A stretch of 64,000 bases of DNA, from positions 11,532,001-11,596,000 of the forward strand of contig OX638166.1 of the NCBI GenBank assembly GCA_951804945.1. The letters run 5' to 3'. Numbering within the stretch: the first letter of the stretch is position 1; the number at the start of each line of letters is the position of its first letter. The notes under the pieces are model-generated. The model saw only the letters and a list, made by a program, of their open reading frames with translations, had not been told where the DNA came from and made no database searches. The position numbers were made by a program, and so were the translations under genes. The DNA is from Podarcis cretensis (lineage: Eukaryota). Shown piece after piece: positions 23,801 through 35,640 of the stretch.

Positions 23801-25545
23801 AAGCCTCTGGTCAGCAACCATTTTTATAGGAGGGCTGCTTTGAGGATGGAATAGAAATTGGCAGGCCAGCTCTCAATCCCTGTGCTTCCAAAATGCCAGC
23901 GAGTCCCATTGGCAGGGCTATCACATCCACTCTGCATGCCTCTTGGTTGACAGCTGGCCTTCATCCTGGGACTGCTTAAGGGGACAGACTTGGCCTCAAG
24001 GCGTGCAGCTGCTGGTCTCTGCTTTTAAGCCATAGGAATTGTCTACACAGTCATGTGAAAGAAGAAACTCTTACTAAGCGCTGTATGGTTTGATTAGCAG
24101 GCCTTTTCTAGCACAGCCTTACACTTTTAGCCCTGGTGTCGCCTGCTTAAACAGAGAGGAAGACTGTGTTCTGCAGAACCAAAGCCTCTCTGTGTTGTGA
24201 GCATGCAGAGGGGGATTAAATTGAGGACAAGTTATTTGATCCAAGACTTTTGCTGAGCACCAGCAACTTCTAAACGTAGCCTTTCCCCCCCTAGAATGTT
24301 GGTTGTGTTCCAAATTTGATGATTCAAGGTCGTAGTTTAGGTGGAAATTAACTAATTGATCAGTTCCAAAGTAGCAGAGCAGCTCAGTGAAAATGTGCAG
24401 CTCTCCCAAGCTGCCTCCAAGATAGGTGTGGTGGCAAAAGTTCTCTCCCCAACTTGAGTAAGGAATGTGTGAGCCAGGGGAGGGGGAAGATTGAGGTCCA
24501 GTTTGAATCCTGGTTCCCTTGCAGGCTCAGATTGAATGTCAAGGATGATCAAGCCTGCATGTCACTCACCATTGCCCACTTGGATGTGGGGATCTCTGGC
24601 ATCGAGAAGCTGGGTTGCTGTTGGCTTAGGATTGAATTAGGCAGACGTGTAGGACCCGGTAGTAGGAATTTGATGTTCAACATTTGAATGTAAGACTTGC
24701 CGGATACTTGGATAGACAAGTACTATGTAAGTTCCGAACTCCTTGCAGTTTGAGGGGGAGATGTCCGCTGCCTTCATTATTCCAATACCTAATCATGAGA
24801 CATCAATATCCTCTCCTACCTTTTCTTCTCTTGCACAAACTTTTGAGTTAACTGGTTTGCAAGGAATTGCTTTGTAGTTGGTCTGGTGTGGTTGCTTTTG
24901 GAGTCTTCTTGTTTTGTGTTTGCTGCTGCTCTTAGCATACATGGCTTGAGGTCAGGGGCTTTTTTGTATCTTGTGTCTTTTTCCCCCTTGCCTACTAAAA
25001 CATGTCAGACCACTAGCTGGAGTCATAGAGGAATGTGAGATTAAAGTATAAACTCCAATAGGCACTTTTGGCTGTCTATTTGAAACGGTTTGGGTTTGTG
25101 CAACTGCAACTTTCTGAGATCCTAAGCATGTTTTAAACATATCGGTTACTGTGTGTTATGTAGTTTTCATGTTCTCTCTCCCCCCCCCCCCCCGCCCTTG
25201 TCCATTTTTCAATAGCAACTTGACTGTCCTGACCTAGATGTTGACTGGTTACCAAAATTACTGTTTATGAAACTGCTGGTGATATTTTTTCCCCCTGTAA
25301 GAGTGTAAACTCCTCCAACCACTAAATATTAATTCTCTCCCCACCTATGAATCTTACCCTGTATCTACCATCTTGCCATGGTAGAGGTTTTAGTATGAAT
25401 GTGTGTAAAGACAAGGTAATATGGTCAGGTTTTCGAAGCACCCTCCCCTTCCCCATTCAAACAATAATGCTTCCAAGGCTACAAAACCAGTGTACAGTTG
25501 TTAAACAAGTTGTAAATAAAGGCTTATATAAAACTTGGCGCTGCT
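17810..25545 (+). other. HOOK3: Probable long (about 7.7 kb) HOOK3 3' UTR
   Basis: U-rich and nearly free of recognisable young transposons; ends in TGTACA...TGTAAATAAA followed by a U-rich tract. Mammalian HOOK3 also has a very long 3' UTR. The 3' end is inferred. Confidence 0.55.
25515..25520 (+). terminator. Candidate distal HOOK3 poly(A) signal AATAAA
   Basis: AATAAA with upstream TGTA elements and a downstream T-rich tract (ctgctttttatt). Confidence 0.55.
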
Positions 25546-27847
25546 TTTTATTACATGAAGCAATTGTTATTTATCATACACATATCCCGGCATTTCTCTG
25601 GAAAACTCAGGTTGTTGCGCATGGTCTTTCCCATTTTATCCTCAAACTAGTCCTGTGAGGGAGGGTCAAGACAATTCACCACTAAGAAAAGAGGGGCTAT
25701 TTGATATGATGTATCCATGTTGAAAATTGGGGTTTGAACATGTTTAATAGTGCTGCACACTCAGTTTTTAAGGCAGTGTAATTATAGGTAACAGTGGGAC
25801 AATCAAAGTTATCAACCTAGACCCGTGATAGAGGGGAGAAAATCTTATTGCACAAAAGAAATGTATTCCAAAGGAAAGAGAACCAAATGTCAACCAACAT
25901 GCTATCCTAGCCCCAAAATGCATCAAACCCCCAGTTTGGAAGCGGGGGGGATTTGTCTGAGGAAGTTGCAACATCACACTTATTTACGTTACTAATTTAT
26001 TTTCCTGCTGATTTTTTCACCCCCGTTTTGAAAATGCCTTTTATAGCAAAAGTTTCATTATCTTGGTTTGGTTACAGACTTCCTCTAATACAGGTTTTGC
26101 AGAACTCTTCACCGCCACCACAAATAGTCTATTAGCACTGCCCCAAGAGCTGTTTTAGGATGAGTGAAGAGATGTAGCTGGGTTGGGTGGGAACAGCTTT
26201 ATGTTGCTTTGAGCAAGCAGGCTATAGGTAATTTTCATCTACGCAGATGGTGAAGGTGCTTGTCATTTGCATTGTGTGAAGACATCCTCAAAGGCAGTGA
26301 TAAACTTCATAAAATAGGTAAGATTATAGACTTTTCTTTACTATCTCATTCTCAAAAAAGCCTAACCAAAAGTTAGCAATGTGTCAGATGGGCTTGAACT
26401 TACTTGGTGTTGAAAGAGAAGTATGGTGTATGTCAAAACACTAAGCAAGCATTCACCAATAAATAGCACATTGTGACTACTCGCTGGAGATGCTAAGTTG
26501 CCTCTCGTGCTAATATAGATTACTTCTGATAAAAGTAGATAAAATCACTTTCCATAAACAATACATAGCCCTTCTGGCCATGATACAGGTTTCTCCAAAT
26601 AACCTGATTACAGTATTATACCCAGGACAGTAGCAGGTTGAAACAGATGGGCTGTCAACTACAGTACCTGGAAGAGTCTGGCCAGGTGTTTTTTCTTGGA
26701 TGCAATCAGGGGAAGCAAAATGTGATGCTGTTGTGCTGGCAAAAAGGCCCCCTACCTGCAGCCAGCTCAGAAAGGTATATATACATTTCACCGTCTAGGC
26801 ACTGCTGCTGGTGAACCTGTGGCGTGACTTTTATATCTTTTTAAAGATCTCAAAACAGTACATAAAACATTGGAAGGGAATCAGCACCCAATGGACAACT
26901 TTAGCACATTATTTTGGCCACTGTCCTGTACCGTGAACGAAGCTTAGCACCAGGAACAAGCAGCACTTAGTAGTGCATCCAAGCAAAAAATGGCACATGA
27001 CCCATTCACCAAGAACCTCTCAGAAATGTGGAGCTAATCCCAATATTGAAGGTAGGTTGGAAGGTCCCCAAAACTGTTCACATACAATGCCTGAAATGCA
27101 TTACTGAGAAGTGCAGTGTCACGGCAATTGTATTCTCAGCATCAGAATCTATACACCTACTTGCAAGTTTCACCGAGGTGTTGAAAGTGCCTTGGCTCCC
27201 CCACAAACCTGTTCAGTTAGGTGAGTGGTGAAGGCCTTTGTGGGTACAGCTGTCCATCTCTGGACTGCTGTCCCCAGAAATGCTTGGGTTGGTGCCCACA
27301 CTTCTGTCCTTTTCCTGCCAAAAATGTTTTTTTTTAAGAACAAAATTGTCAGTCACTGATAACCATTAACTGAATCTATTTTTAGTCTACTTCTGTGATA
27401 GCCATCTGCTTTGATGTGTTGAATTGTGTTGATTGGTAGTGACACTGCCAGCATAATTGAAGAGCAGGATGCCAGCAAACATCTAACAAAGCCTGGAAAA
27501 ACTGAAATGTAACACACCTTTGCACTCGGGGGAGTTCACAGTAGTTGAGGCTTTAGAGACTGGATCTGTCTTTATCAGCTGGTGAGGGAATGCTGTGGGT
27601 GCCCAAGTTCGGCACAGTCTCAAACCCGTACTTCTGCCGCAGATGCCCCAACACATACGGATACTGGAGATTTACATTTTACAACAAAACAAACTCAAAA
27701 AAACAGCAATGTCATCTTATGAGCCAAGAACTTCTCCAGTGTAGGCCTTATTAAAATATCACTGAAAAAAGAATGCCTGGCATCAATGTGTCTGGATAAC
27801 ACGCCAACACCAAAGAAGAACCAACTGAACAACAGTCTTGAAAATGC

Positions 27848-27853
27848 TTTATT
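27848..27853 (-). terminator. Candidate KCMF1 poly(A) signal (AATAAA on minus strand)
   Basis: TTTATT on +; minus-strand downstream context is GT/T-rich; about 1.8 kb after the KCMF1 stop. Confidence 0.4.
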
Positions 27854-29242
27854 GAACTGCGTGTCTTATTGTAATGTGCAGGTGTGTTTGAAAAGACTAC
27901 AGCTTGAAAACTGGTTTTGAAAATCCTCAACAATTAAAAAAAAAATCCCTAGCTGGGTTAAACTCCCAAGATAACCAGAGGGCTGCTGTAAAATTCCCCC
28001 TTAGAACATTCTGTTGCAGAGACTAAAAAAAAGAAGAACCAAATCTAGTACTGCATTTTATATAGAAATAACTGGAGTCAGAAACTAAAAACCAGTGGGT
28101 GGGGCGTTTTCCCATTTTCGATGAGAATCTGTCCTTTTAAAACCCCACCATCCTGCTCAAGTCTGCAATTTAATTCTAAGATGCTTGCTATGTAGCAGAA
28201 GTGGAAAGGGTAGAGAGGGGAGATAGAGATGAAGAAAGTGAGAGAACCAGAGAGAAACATGATTATTGTCTAAGCCTAGTTTAGATTTAATCAGAAGCTG
28301 TGTGCAATTTTGTCTTTATAGTCTAACTTTACATTCCCTTCCCCACCACCCCAACCCCCCCAAAACAAAAAAACCCTCCTGTCCCTGCCTTGGGGCTATT
28401 ATGAAAGTCTATGCACAAAAACACTGTACATTTTTATACATACAGGATTAATAGTATAGGCATGTAGGTGGCATGATTCAATTAAAAAGGCTTTTTACTT
28501 TTTTTATACCAGGAAAAAAAATCAAGAAATAATAAATAAAAAGGTGCTAGAATTAGCATTAAGAATGCAGTTGTAATATATTGACAAAAGTTTGGGAAGT
28601 CAACCTCCTCAAGCTCTCCTGTTGCTGACAAGTCTCTGCAAACTAGGTAGCAAATACATAAATAACTCAAAAACATATGATTGAGACTGTGAAGGTTTTT
28701 AAAACTAAGACAACATAATCCAGGTTAACTTTTGTTTTCTTTTAAGACAATGAGCAAATGAATAATCTACACCTGAATAAAACATGTTTTAACAGTTTGA
28801 AAATGGTTTTCTTTTAACAACCACAAAAAGGAAAAAAAAACTTTTAAACAAAGTTGAACAAGTATTTTGATTATAGGGCACACAAAAAGCCCCCTTTGCC
28901 AGAAGATTTTGGCAGTGGCCTTACTTTTGTGTCTCCTAGAGATGCATAAAAAGCAGGCTGAAACTCCACGTGGATGTGCGGTGGTTATAGAGAGCAACAC
29001 AAGGGTCACACCGAGCAAAACGTCACACCCTGGAAACAAGCTGTCCCACTGCAGAGCTTGCATGATGTGCAAACGGCACATGTAATAAAAGTGGTTCAGA
29101 CATACATTATTCAAAAGCTACTTGATGGCCACACAATGCTAAGTGAGCATTAACTTCTTTGCCTTGTAACCTTTGAATAATGGGAAAGCTTTTGGGGGAG
29201 GGAGAGGGAGTCGTTTATAGTTTTACTCCTTGTATTTAAATT

Positions 29243-29672
29243 NNNNNNNNNNNNNNNNNNNNNNNNNNNNNNNNNNNNNNNNNNNNNNNNNNNNNNNNNN
29301 NNNNNNNNNNNNNNNNNNNNNNNNNNNNNNNNNNNNNNNNNNNNNNNNNNNNNNNNNNNNNNNNNNNNNNNNNNNNNNNNNNNNNNNNNNNNNNNNNNNN
29401 NNNNNNNNNNNNNNNNNNNNNNNATGTCAAAAAGTACAGGGCACAGAGGATTTCCCCNNNNNNNNNNNNNNNNNNNNNNNNNNNNNNNNNNNNNNNNNNN
29501 NNNNNNNNNNNNNNNNNNNNNNNNNNNNNNNNNNNNNNNNNNNNNNNNNNNNNNNNNNNNNNNNNNNNNNNNNNNNNNNNNNNNNNNNNNNNNNNNNNNN
29601 NNNNNNNNNNNNNNNNNNNNNNNNNNNNNNNNNNNNNNNNNNNNNNNNNNNNNNNNNNNNNNNNNNNNNNNN
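29243..29672. other. Assembly gaps (N 29243-29423 and N 29458-29672) around a 34-bp island, in the proximal KCMF1 3' UTR
   Basis: Runs of N in the sequence. Confidence 0.99.
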
Positions 29673-29673
29673 A

Positions 29674-29935
29674 TCAAAGAGGAGGTGGAGGAGGCTCATT
29701 TCCTTTATTACTCTCTTTTAAATTTAGATTTTCTAAAGCAACATCTAAAGGCATAATATCTACACAGCCCATAGCACCAAAATCGGCAACCTCCCCACGC
29801 TCGTCCTCATCAGAGGAGGAGCTTTCTTCCCGCATTAAAGTGGACAGCAGAAGCTCTTGAACAAACAGGCTGCGGTCAGCTCGCTCACTCTCCATTGACT
29901 GACGCTCTACTTCAGACATCTTGGGATCGTTCAAC
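29674..29935 (-). CDS. KCMF1: KCMF1 exon 7 (terminal coding): LNDPKMSEVERQSMESERADRSLFVQELLLSTL...KESNKGNEPPPPPL*
   Basis: cttgtgcag acceptor on -, TGA stop 29676-29674, 262 nt; recognisable KCMF1 C-terminus. Confidence 0.97.
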
Positions 29936-30868
29936 CTGCACAAGAAGGGGAGACAAAACAGGATATAGCTGAAAATTCTGAGGCTTGGGAACACTGTACA
30001 CACCAAGTGTCTAATAATCTACAGGATCATGAAAAGACCTGTGGATGTCTTGGGTTCAGAAAAGATGCATCTGATTTATTTCTACACTAGGAAAGAGATG
30101 ATCAGGGACTGCCAGTGATCACTCCTTGCTTATATCCAATACCCTGAGTCCCTAGCGCCAGCACTCTTAACTGCTCCAGTGCTGCTTCTATGGAACCCAT
30201 TCAGTTCTCCTGAAAAATTCTCGGTTCACCGCAGGGTAATACAACTTTAGCAAACCTGCATAGTAACTGGAGAGATTACTGCTCTCATAGTTGAATGTAT
30301 GCTGCACACGCCATTCAACTTTCCCATCTTCTGCTATCAGATAGTTTGCCACCTTGGTACTTTTTGTGTGAAAATGGAACAAAATGGAGGGTTGCTGTGA
30401 CATTCTGCTACAAAGGGAGGACCCCAGGAACCTATTCAGGAGATGAGATTAAAATCTATTTCCCAGGAATCTTCACGCAGGGATTATTCTGACCCAAAGA
30501 TGGTACTGGGTATCTTTTAGAATTTATCTGATCAAAAGTATAAAAGTTGCCGAGATGTAAGCAAAGAAGGAGAAGACCTTTTTAAATGAAGGAATCACAA
30601 CAAACGAGATGTTTAAAACAAGGTTCCTTCTCTATTTTTTTTAAAGAAGGCATTCCCTTAAGATTAAATTGAGGAAGGAAGAATAATCTTACAGAGGAAG
30701 CAAGCAAGGCAAAGTTGAAGGGCCAAACTGAAGGGGCCAAGATACTGAGGCCAATATGAGTTAGTGGGAAAGTGGCTTAAGAATTCTCTTTTCAAATTTG
30801 TGGCTAAGTTTTTCAAAATATGGCAACTGTGTATATCTGTGTAGATTTGAAAGGCCCATGCCGTGGTA

Positions 30869-31162
30869 CAGTGGTGCCTCGCAAGACGAAATTAATTTGT
30901 TCCGCGAGTCTCTTCGTATTGCGGTTTTTTCGTCTTGCGAAGCACGGCTATTAGCGGCTTAGCGGCTTAGCGCTATTAGCGGCTTAGCGGCTTAGAAAAA
31001 GGGGAAAAAAGGAAAAAAACTCGCAAGAACTTGCAAGACGTTTCGTCTTGCGAAGCAAGCCCATAGGGAAATTCGTCTTGCGAAGCACCTCAAAAGACGG
31101 AAAACTCTTTCGTCTAGCGAGTTTTTCGTCTTGCGAGGCATTCGTCTTGCGGGGCACCACTG
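30869..31162. mobile_element. Tc1/mariner-type MITE with internal TTAGCGGC tandem repeats
   Basis: TA|cagtggtgcctcgcaagacgaa...ttcgtcttgcggggcaccactg|TA; CpG-rich, so probably young. Confidence 0.92.
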
Positions 31163-32158
31163 TATTTTACTCCACTGGGGTTACCTAAGACTTCTAATGG
31201 TACAAAAGCAGGCTGTTGGGAGACATTGTGCAGACAGTGGAAGCTGCTAATCACATGTAGTGGGCACACGAGGCACGCAGATGATGATTAGTCTCAGTTC
31301 TACCGGATCTAACTTTCCTTTTAGGCTTTATAAACTATTTCAAAGTTAGCATATAATGTAAATTGTGACAGTAAAAAGTTGGCCATAGCTTGAAACTGAC
31401 AACACACTCAGTCTCCTTCAGTAAAATAATGTCTTTGGAAGATGTCAGAAGAGATGAAAATGATTTTAAAATAACATATGTAAAATATTTTAATCAGTCT
31501 ACAATGGAGGGCCATTATTAATTGGTTCCATTTTGTTCTATATTATGAGTTCTCATAGAGATTTTGTTTAAAGAGAATTAAAGAGGAATTAAAGAGAAAT
31601 ATCTGATGAATCCATTACTATCTCGGTATTTCTACTTTACAACAGATACCATTTTTGTAATGTGTAGATTTGAGAATATATGAAGGATTTAATTTGTAAT
31701 GTATTTTGAATCATAAAAAAATTAAAATATGCCAGCATCTTGGAATTCAGAGTTAAACATAATGAATTGCAGCTACACATAACAGCACTGTATTAAACGG
31801 CCCTCAGATTGCTCAGTAATTTTCTTGATTTTTCCAGGAATGCGAATTGCAAGAAAAACTTGTATTCAACGCCTACTTCTAAATTACAGTTTGAGCCACT
31901 TTAAAACTCTATCCCCTTCTCTGCCCTTTGCCACTTAAGCCAACAATCTCTTTTTAGTAGATACAAGCAGTAACAGAAAAGGCACAAAAGTTTACGTGTG
32001 CTTGGCTGCAGATAATGACTGCTGAAGGAGGTGGCTAAAAAGCAGTTTGTGGGGAGGAGGAAGATGCCATCAAAATACACAAATTTCAAAAGCGGGGCTG
32101 AATTCCTGGAGTGATTCAGAACCAATAATTACAATTCCGACCCTCTAGAACGAGTTAC

Positions 32159-32441
32159 CTTGTAAGGAGGAACTGAGAGTTTTGGATAGCCTGCTGACTG
32201 TTTTCTGTGTTGGATGTGTTGGTTGTTGCTGTGGATTGTGTTATAGTGGTGGTGACGCCGCTAGTGTTGGCGCGCCTTGTCGCGTTACGTGCAGTCTCCA
32301 GTTGTTGCCGTGCCGCCTGTGCATGCTGCCGTTCTAACTGCAGTTGCATCTGCAGTTGCTGCAACTGAGACGCGGAAGGGCCAGAGGAATTGAGCTGTCC
32401 CCCTGCAGAACGCCTCACGCCGGACAACTGAGATAAAAGCT
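32159..32441 (-). CDS. KCMF1: KCMF1 exon 6: ELLSQLSGVRRSAGGQLNSSGPSASQLQQLQMQLQLERQHAQAARQQLETARNA...SQFLLTR
   Basis: ttggcag acceptor, AG|gtaact donor, 283 nt. Confidence 0.97.
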
Positions 32442-32959
32442 CTGCCAATATAAAAAAAGGATTCGGGAAGTAAGAGTGGACTCTAACATAACCACACAGT
32501 CCTCTGCCACTACCACCTCACTCTCCCACAGTATCTATTCCATAAGCTTCCCATTTTGTTACTACAGGGTAAAACGGGTGAAGGTATACTCATAGTCCCT
32601 AAAATGCAGCCCCAATGATCTCCTACCCTGACACATCATTAGTGTTTTAACAACACAGTAGTACATTCAACAAGCCGTGAAGATACTTTGAAGCGGCTGG
32701 AATTATTGCTCAGAGCAGTTCCTTAAAACTCTCTCAGCCAGCTCAAATAGTTCATCATTGCAGCAACTTCTTAAAAATATAAACATCCATGTGGATGTTT
32801 AAAGCTCTGATTCACTGAAGACTATTCTAGAGGGAAGAGAGATAAAATCTAACAACAGATATTCCTGCTTTTGGGGGGGGGGGGGGGCGAGGTGGAAGAA
32901 TTTAAATCATGCAAGTGCACAAAAATACAAAGGGATATGTAAATATTCACAAATCTTAC

Positions 32960-33134
32960 CAGCTATAGGATCCATGGCTTCCCTATTGCTTGGAGAATAT
33001 GAACTCTGCGAAGATGAAAAACCACCAGTGGAACTGCTAGTAAAGTGCATGTTGGATCTACGTGCGCGAGGGCCACCCAAACCCCGGCCTGGGTGAAACA
33101 TTCTACGTACATGCCGAACACCACTGGATTCGTC
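32960..33134 (-). CDS. KCMF1: KCMF1 exon 5: DESSGVRHVRRMFHPGRGLGGPRARRSNMHFTSSSTGGFSSSQSSYSPSNREAMDPIA
   Basis: Preceded by a U12 AC acceptor; G|gtaaga donor; 175 nt. Confidence 0.96.
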
Positions 33135-34826
33135 GTAAGCAATGAGTTAAGGGAAGGAAAGTGTCAACACGCAAACAGGAACGCCTTAGCCACTAAGACA
33201 ATGGACTTGTAAAGAACAGGAGCAAAGCTTCCTTCTTAGTTTAGAGGAGAAATGGCCACAATTCAAGGCTAGCCAGCCCTCCAAGGCCCGTGCACTACAC
33301 TCACCAGGCATCCATACTGTATGCAAACACACCTCCCCGCCCCAGCTCTTGTTAATGGGAACACACCACTCTCGTGGCCAGCGCTGGGCTGAGAGCCCTA
33401 AATCTCTCCTCCCAAGCCTAGGGCTGCAATCATGGCATCTGAAGAGCAGACACAGCAATTTCCCTCCCCATTGCATGACTCGCATGGGAGAAATGGAACA
33501 CCAGACTTGGTGAAAGGGCCCAATTATTCGACACAATTATGGCCACATAAAGCAGATGCACTGAGTATGCAGACTCTGCTTAGTGTGCCGCTGGCATCCC
33601 AAATGTGTTGAATTTGGGGTGCGCTGCTCTGCTAGAGGCATGCTCCAGCTTGCCTGCCCCCAATGCTATAATACAGTGGTTCCCAATTAGCTATGTATCG
33701 TGGATTTCTTGTTATTCAAAAGTCAAGCCATGGACGCTCCCTGCTTTGGAAAATTTTGATTATCTCCAAGGTAGTTTTTGTTATGTGAATGGTGCCACTG
33801 ACCCCCTGGGTGGGTTAGGCAATTCCCAATTGGGAACCACTGCTATTTTGTGTCTTCTCAAGCTTAGCGTGGTGTGAACCAAGCACAACCCCAGTAACTA
33901 GCAAGGTCATAAAAAACAGTTACATTTCTATCTTCAGATCCCCTTATCTAAAAAAATCACACTGGGTGTATTAAAAACAATTTTGCACAATATTAGCATT
34001 ATAGATGCAAAGAGCAGGGCAATGCGCAGCAAATGCCAAATCCAGAGGAAGAACTGTGAGGGGAGAAAGACTTTGTTTGCTATCAGGGGGTGGCTAGTTT
34101 CACCCGCGTTGCCCCAGTTCCAGCCCAAGGAACCTTCAGAAGGGAGTTGCTCCCCTGGGCATTATGGGTATGTGTATTCTAATGAGCTGAATACAGTAAA
34201 AGATTATCAGTCATGGGGAGTGGGGAGTGTGTATTTGTTAAATCATATACTTTTGCATTAATTGTGATGTTTACCTTATTTTTTTAGTTGTTGCTTTGTT
34301 AATAATGTTTTATAGATTGTAATTGTTTCACCGAGGATCTGTAAATTATTCTATATCATCTGTGCTGTATTTGTGATGTTCTGTCATGTTATTGTCATTT
34401 ATTGTTTGTAAGCCGCTTTGGGATATATCTGAATGAAAAGCGGCATAGAACTATAACAAAGCAAATCAAGAAAATACAGTCTCAGAGGCAACATGCCAAC
34501 GGAATTACAAGCTACAGGAATGTATTCTTCTGAACTCTTTCTTGGAGCATTCCCAAAGCTTGAGGAGAGGTTACTTGCTCAGACAGAACGTATTTTCTTT
34601 CAAATCTTTCCTCAAAAGAAAGGAAAATAAATCCTATCAGTTTATACTAGCCAATAGTGGTGCAATTAACATGAAGTGCTCCAAGCAGAGTATAGCTTAT
34701 CTAGCTATTCAAAGAAAACTATGTAACACGCTAACAAAAGCACCTATTTCAGAATCAACATGGGTGGCTTTTAGCATAGAAGGCAAAAATTCTTCAGTTG
34801 CTTCTTCTTGACTTAGGCAAGGATAT
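33135..34826 (-). other. KCMF1: U12-type (minor spliceosome) AT-AC intron, KCMF1 intron 4
   Basis: 5' end |ATATCCTTG, branch site TCCCTTAAC about 12 nt before the terminal AC|; joining gives ...RAPRDL|DESSG... in frame. Confidence 0.95.
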
Positions 34827-34928
34827 TAAATCTCTTGGAGCTCTATGTTCCAGTGTAAGATGAGCTGCAAAGTCATCCGTAACATGATTGGGATCTCCTC
34901 CTGGTAATGCTGCACATATCGGACAAAT
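34827..34928 (-). CDS. KCMF1: KCMF1 exon 4: ICPICAALPGGDPNHVTDDFAAHLTLEHRAPRDL
   Basis: cattacag acceptor; U12 donor; 102 nt; CxxC...HxxxxH zinc finger. Confidence 0.97.
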
Positions 34929-35640
34929 CTGTAATGACAGAAGAAAGAAAGGCCATATGAGCAAGTGTCTTCCAGGCCAAAAAAAAATTGACCAACACAC
35001 TGAACAGAAACTACTCTCTCATGCTGAGAAAATAGCAGCCCTTGTACAACTCACCCTTCAGTTCATAACGATTCTCAAGACCAGCCTTCCAAATAATCAG
35101 GAAGTCAGTGAAAGCCCCCAACCAGATTCATTCACCTGATTGTCACCTGAGCACTGCTCCCCTCCTTGCTGCCAGTACAAACAGGAAGGAGCTGCTATCA
35201 TACAAACAGGTACAGCCCTGTGCCTTTTATGCTCCTGGACAGGGAAGAGCCAAGATGAGCAACTGTCTTTGGTACTTCATAGTTTCTTCCCATACCACGG
35301 CTCTTAAAGCAACTGCTTCTTCTCTGACTCCCCTAGACGTAACACGGAGGACTTTGTGTCTAAAAGAAACCAAAAGAGCAGGCAGCTTCCATGGCACTGC
35401 TATGGAGACAGAGTGTGGGCTGGTATATTCTTCCTTGCTAGAGAGGAAGCAGTTCATCAGCTCCACCTAGTTTATCCTGGCAAACTCCAGATGAGGGGGC
35501 TTGCTTGGACTGATTCTCTAGCCATCTCTCCCCAACAGAACTGCTTTTTGTCCCTAAAACTCTGCTACCAAGAAAGGGAAGGAAAGAAATATAGGGTCAG
35601 TCCAGGCAACTGGGGCACATCCTTCCAAACAGAATTCTGT

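Noticed and set aside
29150-29756. Long ORFs of X residues in the ORF track
   Set aside because: Artefacts of translating through N gaps.
30945-30995. TTAGCGGC array resembling a telomeric or CRISPR-like repeat
   Set aside because: Not TTAGGG, has no spacers, and is internal to a MITE in a vertebrate intron.
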